Shown: one piece after another, positions 47,722 to 53,443 of the stretch
Layout of the letters: each line of letters opens with the position of its first letter
Numbering within the stretch: position 1 is the first letter of the stretch
DNA from: Sphingorhabdus sp.
GTDB taxonomy: Bacteria; Pseudomonadota; Alphaproteobacteria; Sphingomonadales; Sphingomonadaceae
NCBI RefSeq assembly: GCF_044354325.1
Contig: NZ_JBILAF010000001.1
Location: 1 to 53,443, forward strand
Reading direction: 5' to 3'
DNA: 53,443 nucleotides
Translations under genes and position numbers: made by a program
The notes under the pieces: model-generated
Told to the model about the DNA's origin: nothing
Databases searched by the model: none
Seen by the model: only the letters and a program-made list of their open reading frames with translations

Positions 47722-48771
47722 TCAGGCATTTTGATTGGTGACTTCACTCAATGCGCCGATGAACTGGTCGGTGCATCGATCCCAATCGAAACTTTGCGCA
47801 TATGCAGCAGCGTCGGCTTTGCGCACATTAAGCGCGTTCTGAATCGCAGAGGACAGGTCGTCGCTTAAAGATCCGATCGGTCGTGGCAATTCGGACCAGG
47901 GACCGCGGCCATCCGGACCGATAATATCCAACGGACCAGGGACGGGAAATGCAGCGACCGGAAGTCCAGATGCCAACGCTTCGATCATCACCAACCCAAA
48001 TGTATCGGTTCGACTTGGAAATACAAAAACGTCTGCGCTGGCATAGGCGCTTGCCAGTTCAGTTCCCTTGAGCGTTCCCAGGAAAATGGCATTGGGATAT
48101 TTTATCCTTAATTCAGACAAAGCAGGGCCGTCGCCTATAACGACCTTACTGCCTGCGACTTCCGCAGATAGAAAGGCTTCCAGATTTTTCTCCACGGAAA
48201 CACGGCCCACGGAAATCATGACGGGTTTGGGTAGGTTTGCCAACCGGGGATGGTCGGGCTGATCTCCATGAAAAAGGCCATGGTCGATGCCGCGTGACCA
48301 TAAGCGCGTATTGGGGATGCCCCGCACTGAAAGCTCATCCATAAGACCCCTTGTCGCGGTCAGGACGGCGCGAGATGGCTTATGGAACATCCGCATGATT
48401 GGCCAGAACCACTCAGCGGATAGCCCCGTTCGTACAGCAAGATAATCCGGAAAGCGGGTATGAAATGCCGAGGTAAAGGGCACATCATGCGCAAGGCACC
48501 ATGCCCGTGCGCTCCAGCCAATTGGGCCTTCGGTCGCGATATGGACAATGTCCGGAGCCATGGCATGTAAAGCCTTGCACACGCCAAAGCGGGGTGCCAG
48601 CGCAAGGCGGATTTCCGCATAGCCGGGGCAGGGAATGGTGGTGAACCGGTCCGGTGCGATCACTTCGACGGTATGTCCGCGCGATTTCAGCCGGTTGACC
48701 GTTTCGGTCATCGTCCGGACAACGCCGTTGACTTGCGGCAGCCAAGCGTCCGTTGCGATGGCGATCCTCAC
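47722..48771 (-). CDS. GT4 glycosyltransferase (Agt-type glycoglycerolipid synthase candidate)
   Basis: TDAW.PQVNGVVRT, HIATEGPIG, VGRVSVEKN, FVFPSRTDTFGLV.IEA; coupled to the upstream metallophosphoesterase. Confidence 0.88.
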   Translation of the reverse strand: MRIAIATDAWLPQVNGVVRTMTETVNRLKSRGHTVEVIAPDRFTTIPCPGYAEIRLALAPRFGVCKALHAMAPDIVHIATEGPIGWSARAWCLAHDVPFTSAFHTRFPDYLAVRTGLSAEWFWPIMRMFHKPSRAVLTATRGLMDELSVRGIPNTRLWSRGIDHGLFHGDQPDHPRLANLPKPVMISVGRVSVEKNLEAFLSAEVAGSKVVIGDGPALSELRIKYPNAIFLGTLKGTELASAYASADVFVFPSRTDTFGLVMIEALASGLPVAAFPVPGPLDIIGPDGRGPWSELPRPIGSLSDDLSSAIQNALNVRKADAAAYAQSFDWDRCTDQFIGALSEVTNQNA

Positions 48772-49646
48772 GCCGCGATCGAAGCCCGCTTTTCGGCAGC
48801 TTTACGGACATGCTCGGCCCAATCGATAATCGCCATGGATCCGTCTTTCGCCTCGGTCAGCGCGGTGCAGCTTTCGACCCAGTCGCCGTCATTATAATAG
48901 GTAATCGATCCAAACTGCCGGATTTCTGCAGAATGGATGTGACCGCACACAACGCCCTGAACACCGCGAAGCGCGGCCTCGCGCGCCACCACTTCTTCAT
49001 ATTGCCCGATAAACTGCACTGCGTTTTTGACGCGCATTTTCAGATAGGATGAAAGCGACCAATAAGGCATGTTCAACCTGCGGCGCACTGCATTGAGAAC
49101 GACGTTGGCTTTCAACAGCAACGTATACGCTTGGTCACCCAAGAAGGCGAGCCAGCGGGCATATAGCACGATGCCGTCAAAGGCATCGCCGTGCGTTACA
49201 AGCAAGGCACGGCCGTCGGCGGTGTGATGGATCGCCTCCAACTGCACCTCGACCCCGCCAAAGCTCAGGCCCGCATAATCGCGGAACATTTCGTCATGAT
49301 TGCCGGGAATATAGACGACGCGGGTCCCGCGATGCGCCATTTTCAACACCCGTCTGATGACCTCATTGTGCTGGTCTGGCCAATACCAACCCTTGCGTAA
49401 CCGCCAGCCATCGACAATGTCGCCGACCAGATAAAGCGTCTCACATTCGATGGAATGCAGAAAATCGCTCAGCAGTCCCGCCTGGCACCCTGCTGTCCCC
49501 AAATGCACATCAGAAATCCACACCGTGCGAAACCGCATCTTTGGTTGGTAGCTTTTGGGTTCGGGCTTATCGAACCATGCCGGCAGTTTTGGACCTTTTT
49601 CGTCGCTTTTAAAAAGCAGGCTGTCGCTTAATTCAGTGGTTGTCAT
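48768..49646 (-). CDS. Metallophosphoesterase, PlcP-type phospholipase C (LpxH-like fold)
   Basis: ISDVHLG, LVGDIVDGW, GNHDE, HGD.FD, CGHIH, YYNDGDWVESCTAL. Confidence 0.88.
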   Translation of the reverse strand: MTTTELSDSLLFKSDEKGPKLPAWFDKPEPKSYQPKMRFRTVWISDVHLGTAGCQAGLLSDFLHSIECETLYLVGDIVDGWRLRKGWYWPDQHNEVIRRVLKMAHRGTRVVYIPGNHDEMFRDYAGLSFGGVEVQLEAIHHTADGRALLVTHGDAFDGIVLYARWLAFLGDQAYTLLLKANVVLNAVRRRLNMPYWSLSSYLKMRVKNAVQFIGQYEEVVAREAALRGVQGVVCGHIHSAEIRQFGSITYYNDGDWVESCTALTEAKDGSMAIIDWAEHVRKAAEKRASIAA

Positions 49647-49701
49647 ACTGCCCATCCCTCGGTGTCTTAATGAAACCCTAAACGAGGGATGAGTCATGTG
49701 C

Positions 49702-49719
49702 GTGGCAGATCAATGACAG
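49702..49719 (-). promoter_or_regulatory. Pho box (PhoB site)
   Basis: Minus strand CTGTCAT-tgat-CTGCCAC, ~55 nt upstream of the PlcP-like start. Confidence 0.75.
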
Positions 49720-49750
49720 ATTTTTTGCCATTAAGAATTGCCAATTGTCA

Positions 49751-51085
49751 TTATCGGACCGCAGGCATCTCTGCGTCAGGCAGAAGCGCACCCATGGCTT
49801 TGGCAAGCGTTGGTGCGATGGAGCGCATGTCGATTTCGCCCAGGCTGCGTCCCTTGGCAACGCCTTTACCTATCATCATGAAGCTTGACCGCATCAATGG
49901 GCTATGGGGAAAATATCCGTGCATGCCCTTGCTGCCAGACGCGCTCACCAATGGCGCATCCGGTCCCTTGAAGCCGCCTGCATACGCATTGGGGGCATAG
50001 CTGATGTAAAAGCTCGCTTCCGGATTTGCGCCAAGGCGCGCTATTTCTGCGGGCTCTGCAATTTCTGCGATGCAGTTTTTCGGATCGGCCTTGAGCGTAG
50101 CTAACACACCTGCGACACGCGCTTTCAGCGCGGCGTCATCTGGACGTGCCAAAATGATCGCTGACGATCCGCCCGAGTTCCAGGGGCTGGCTTCCCAGCG
50201 TTTGATTTTGCCGTTACCGTCGAGCACAATCAGGCCAGCGTCGATGAACGCACGGTACAAGTTGATTTCGGTGTCGACCTTGGAAAAGCCATGGTCCGAT
50301 ACAACAGCAATGACGCTATCGGGATGCGCTGCCATTTGCGCGGAAACGATCTGGCCAACGACCTTATCGATCCGAACTAAAACAGCATAAGCTGCGGCTG
50401 TGTCTGGACCTTTTTCATGCTGCTCATGGTCGAGCGCGGTCAGATACACAGTTGTGAAATCGGGTTTTTCGCGCGTGATAAGCGCGGCGGCGAAACGGCC
50501 GCGGGTTTCGTCACCCTCTATGCTCTCGTCAATGCCTGGCGCGTAGCTGCCAAGTTCTGTTTCAAGCGCTTCGATAAGGCCCGGTGTCGCAAGCGCCTTT
50601 AGCAGCTTTGCATCATCATTATGCCCCGTCCGCCATATCTGCGGGATGTTCCATGTAACGGCTTTCGCCTGAACGCTGACCGGCCAGTGAATATTTGCTG
50701 TGCGCAGTCTAGCCTTCGCAGCCGCATCCCACAAGGTGGGGACTTTGAAATCTGTGGCGTACCAATACCATCCGCCTTGGTTGATCTGCATGGGATCAAA
50801 GCTGTTATTGCCGACAATGCCGTGCTTTGCGGGGCTAGCACCCGTTAGCAAAGTTGCATGGCTGGGATAAGTGACGGTCGGAAGAACGCCCTTCACCTTG
50901 TCCGCGTAGGTTCCGTTCGTGATAAATTGTTTCAGGTTGGGAACCTGTATGCCGCGCTCTTCGGACTTCAGAATGTCTGCGGGCTGCAAACCATCAATTG
51001 AGATCAGCAGCACCGGCTCAGCCGAAGCCGCCGATGGCAGCGCGCTCACAAGGAGCGCGCTGCCAATCAGCAAAGCCGATTTCAT
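49751..51085 (-). CDS. Exported nucleotide pyrophosphatase/phosphodiesterase (alkaline phosphatase superfamily)
   Basis: Signal peptide; LISIDG, PTVTYPSH.TLLTG (Thr nucleophile), D...H..G, SDHGF, GMHGY. Confidence 0.9.
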   Translation of the reverse strand: MKSALLIGSALLVSALPSAASAEPVLLISIDGLQPADILKSEERGIQVPNLKQFITNGTYADKVKGVLPTVTYPSHATLLTGASPAKHGIVGNNSFDPMQINQGGWYWYATDFKVPTLWDAAAKARLRTANIHWPVSVQAKAVTWNIPQIWRTGHNDDAKLLKALATPGLIEALETELGSYAPGIDESIEGDETRGRFAAALITREKPDFTTVYLTALDHEQHEKGPDTAAAYAVLVRIDKVVGQIVSAQMAAHPDSVIAVVSDHGFSKVDTEINLYRAFIDAGLIVLDGNGKIKRWEASPWNSGGSSAIILARPDDAALKARVAGVLATLKADPKNCIAEIAEPAEIARLGANPEASFYISYAPNAYAGGFKGPDAPLVSASGSKGMHGYFPHSPLMRSSFMMIGKGVAKGRSLGEIDMRSIAPTLAKAMGALLPDAEMPAVR

Positions 51086-53298
51086 CAGAAACCAGCTTTC
51101 AATGTTACAAAAACCTGACGCGGTGAACCCGCCAGCAAGGTTTGGTTATCGCCGCTGTTGCCAAAGCCGTTTGAACCAATGGTAGAGACATACTCTTTAT
51201 CGAAAAGGTTCGTGGCATTCAGTTGCAGTTCAAGCGGTGCACGAAGCCCCGCATTCAGGCGGTAACCGACTGTGGCGTCAACGAGGACACGGCCGGGTAC
51301 CGAGCGATCATTCAAATAGTTGAAGTAACGCTTGCTCATGTAATTGGCACCAACGCGTCCGAAGAATGCGTCATTGTCATAAGCCACTTCGCCGCGCAGC
51401 AGATGCTTTGGCGTGTCGACGACTTCCTTGCCCTTCGTGGCGATAACCGCCGTTGGGGTGATGACGTTTTCTCGATATGTTGCACCTGTGTAGCTATATG
51501 ATGCGAACAAGGTCATGCCGCCGCCCAGACGTACATCGCCTGCGGCTTCAAAGCCGAGCGAGCGGACGCTGCCGACATTTTGCAGAATGGCAGGGTTCCC
51601 GACGATGCCTGCGCCGGTTTGTACACCCAGCAGGCGGTTGCGGAAGTTGACATAATATAAACCGATCACGCCGTTGAAGACATTGTCGTTGTAACGTGCG
51701 CCCAGCTCAAACGTGTCCGAGCTTTCTGGCTTCAGGTCACGTGTGACCAAGGCGTTGAAGCCGGCTTGCGTTGTGGCGAATGGTCCGCTTGTGGCTGATG
51801 AAACAAACGCGCGGGTGACTTGCGTGAAACCACCGAAGATTTCGGCTTTATCCGTCATCTTATATGCAACGCCTGCATGCGGTTGGAACCAGTCTTGCGA
51901 CTTGATTTTGCCGGCAGCCAACGACCCCTGAATACGTGGGTCGGATTCATTATTGACCTGGAAACCCTTCCAACCAAGGTTGATAGTCAGATCGCCAAGG
52001 CTGATCTTGTCCTGCACATAATATTGCAGCGTGTCGGTGTTGAAATCGAACAGCCACTGCGTGAAGAACGGGTTGCGCAAGAACTTAGTGTGATCAAGGC
52101 CAGGCGTCGTGTTGCTTTCATAGGCATAAAAACGACGCGCTTGCGTGAAGTCGTTATGCTCGTACCAGCCACCGACAGTTACCGCATGGTCGCCAACTTC
52201 AGCGTTCAGCGAGCTGAATACGCCGCCACGTTGGATGTCATACTCGGTTGTGCGCGCCGACATGGGCACGCCATTTGGACTTGGAACATATGGAGTGCCC
52301 CATGTACCTTGACCGGTATTATTGTGATAATAGGCCTTGATCTTGAAGGTGACGCCATCGGCCAAAGGCGCGGTCAGGCCATAAGAAGCGAGCGTATCTT
52401 TGCGCAGGCCCGAAGCATCATAATAGCTGTCGTCGAGATTATTGATTGGGGCAACATATACACCGCGTGCCGCGGAAATCGCCTTGGCATAATCGGGGAA
52501 ATAGTTGTCATGGTCATAACCGAGGCGATTGATCATCTCGAGCGAGAGATCCTGATAATCCTGCTCAGCGCGGTCGGAATAGGAGAAGAATCCGTCAAAT
52601 TCGGCATCACCCACTGGAATGATGGCCTTGGCGTTTACGTGCATGCTGCGCTGTTCGCCGCCGCCCTTCCACTTGTCGGCATTGTGGTAAACGCCGGATA
52701 GAAATCCGCGAACGCCGCCCGCTTCACCAAAATTGATGCGGCCAAATGCGCGCATCGTGTTGGACGAACCATAGGTCAGGTTCGCATCAACGCCGAAGCC
52801 GTCGCTTGGGTCAGCCGAGAAAAACTCGAGCGTGCCGCCAAGGTTGTTCGTGGCTTGTGTGCCAATGGAGCCCGAACCTTGCGAAACGCGGGTAACGCCG
52901 ATGTTTTCCGAAATGATTGCGCGGCCAATGTGCAGGCCGTTGTTGTTACCATAGCTTGAATCGCCCAACGGAATGCCGTCGAGTGTGTAGCCGAGCTGGT
53001 TCTGGTTAAAGCCACGGATCGAGACCCGGCTTGACCATTCATATGTTCCAAACGGGTCGGCAGATTGAAAGCTGACGCTTGGCAGCTTCTCAATGGCTTT
53101 CAATGGGCTGGTACCTGGCGCGAGGATCAGAAGTTCTTTGTTCGACACTTCTTGAACCTGACGGGTCTCGCCTTGGCCGAACACGACGATTTCGGCATCT
53201 TCCGCGTCGGCGGTTGTTGGAGCATTCGATTGCTGCGCCATAACTGGCACAGATCCGAAAGCGACTCCGGCTAAAAGCATCACTGTAATTTTACGCAT
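51085..53298 (-). CDS. TonB-dependent receptor
   Basis: Signal peptide, EIVVFG, SIRGF, TLDGIP, NLFDK.Y, C-terminal Phe (KAGF); stop overlaps the phosphodiesterase ATG by 1 nt. Confidence 0.92.
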   Translation of the reverse strand: MRKITVMLLAGVAFGSVPVMAQQSNAPTTADAEDAEIVVFGQGETRQVQEVSNKELLILAPGTSPLKAIEKLPSVSFQSADPFGTYEWSSRVSIRGFNQNQLGYTLDGIPLGDSSYGNNNGLHIGRAIISENIGVTRVSQGSGSIGTQATNNLGGTLEFFSADPSDGFGVDANLTYGSSNTMRAFGRINFGEAGGVRGFLSGVYHNADKWKGGGEQRSMHVNAKAIIPVGDAEFDGFFSYSDRAEQDYQDLSLEMINRLGYDHDNYFPDYAKAISAARGVYVAPINNLDDSYYDASGLRKDTLASYGLTAPLADGVTFKIKAYYHNNTGQGTWGTPYVPSPNGVPMSARTTEYDIQRGGVFSSLNAEVGDHAVTVGGWYEHNDFTQARRFYAYESNTTPGLDHTKFLRNPFFTQWLFDFNTDTLQYYVQDKISLGDLTINLGWKGFQVNNESDPRIQGSLAAGKIKSQDWFQPHAGVAYKMTDKAEIFGGFTQVTRAFVSSATSGPFATTQAGFNALVTRDLKPESSDTFELGARYNDNVFNGVIGLYYVNFRNRLLGVQTGAGIVGNPAILQNVGSVRSLGFEAAGDVRLGGGMTLFASYSYTGATYRENVITPTAVIATKGKEVVDTPKHLLRGEVAYDNDAFFGRVGANYMSKRYFNYLNDRSVPGRVLVDATVGYRLNAGLRAPLELQLNATNLFDKEYVSTIGSNGFGNSGDNQTLLAGSPRQVFVTLKAGF

Positions 53299-53347
53299 TT
53301 TGGTACCTTCCCTGCATAGGTTTGCAGCGCCCAACTAGGGAAGGGTG

Positions 53348-53387
53348 GTGGCACTTTGATGCGGTTCTTGTGCGACTTTGATAGAAG
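53348..53387 (-). promoter_or_regulatory. Degenerate 11-nt-periodic Pho-box-like array
   Basis: Minus strand CTTCTATcaaa GTCGCACaaga ACCGCATcaaa GTGCCAC. Confidence 0.4.
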
Positions 53388-53443
53388 TTATGTGTCTGAA
53401 ATATTACTGAATTTAAAGCGCGGATTCTGCATCATCAAACAAG

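Noticed and set aside
51820-52701. 293-aa plus-strand ORF
   Set aside because: Antisense shadow of the TonB-dependent receptor.

Overview
53.4-kb chromosomal window from an alphaproteobacterium, most likely Sphingomonadaceae (inferred from gene content and order). It is densely coding and mostly housekeeping or metabolic: scoAB, xseA/purD, queG, gpsA/tsaD, hemC-hemD-mic60, mmsAB, a fused enoyl-CoA hydratase/3-hydroxyacyl-CoA dehydrogenase, tRNA-Ser(GGA) and two TonB-dependent receptors. I saw no integrase, transposase, prophage gene or CRISPR array. Two stress modules stand out. (1) A general-stress-response (GSR) island at about 9.8-16.4 kb: ecfG-nepR and a divergent phyR, seven EcfG-type promoters (GGAAC-N16-CGTT-like), CsbD, GlsB, lipoprotein and SFPASDPP-motif proteins, an unannotated operon of two microproteins, and a candidate ~120-nt sRNA with a C-rich loop behind a perfect EcfG promoter just downstream of phyR. 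phyR itself is cut by one in-frame TAG. (2) A phosphate-starvation module at 47.7-53.4 kb: TonB-dependent receptor, NPP-type phosphodiesterase, PlcP-type phospholipase and Agt-type glycosyltransferase, with Pho boxes. Other oddities: head-to-head xseA/purD start codons sharing CATG, a 5'-truncated ArsR remnant beside the tRNA, an EVE/ATP-grasp/2OG-oxygenase trio, and a membrane-anchored histone-H1-like HhH protein. All assignments come from motifs recognised by eye; no database searches were run.
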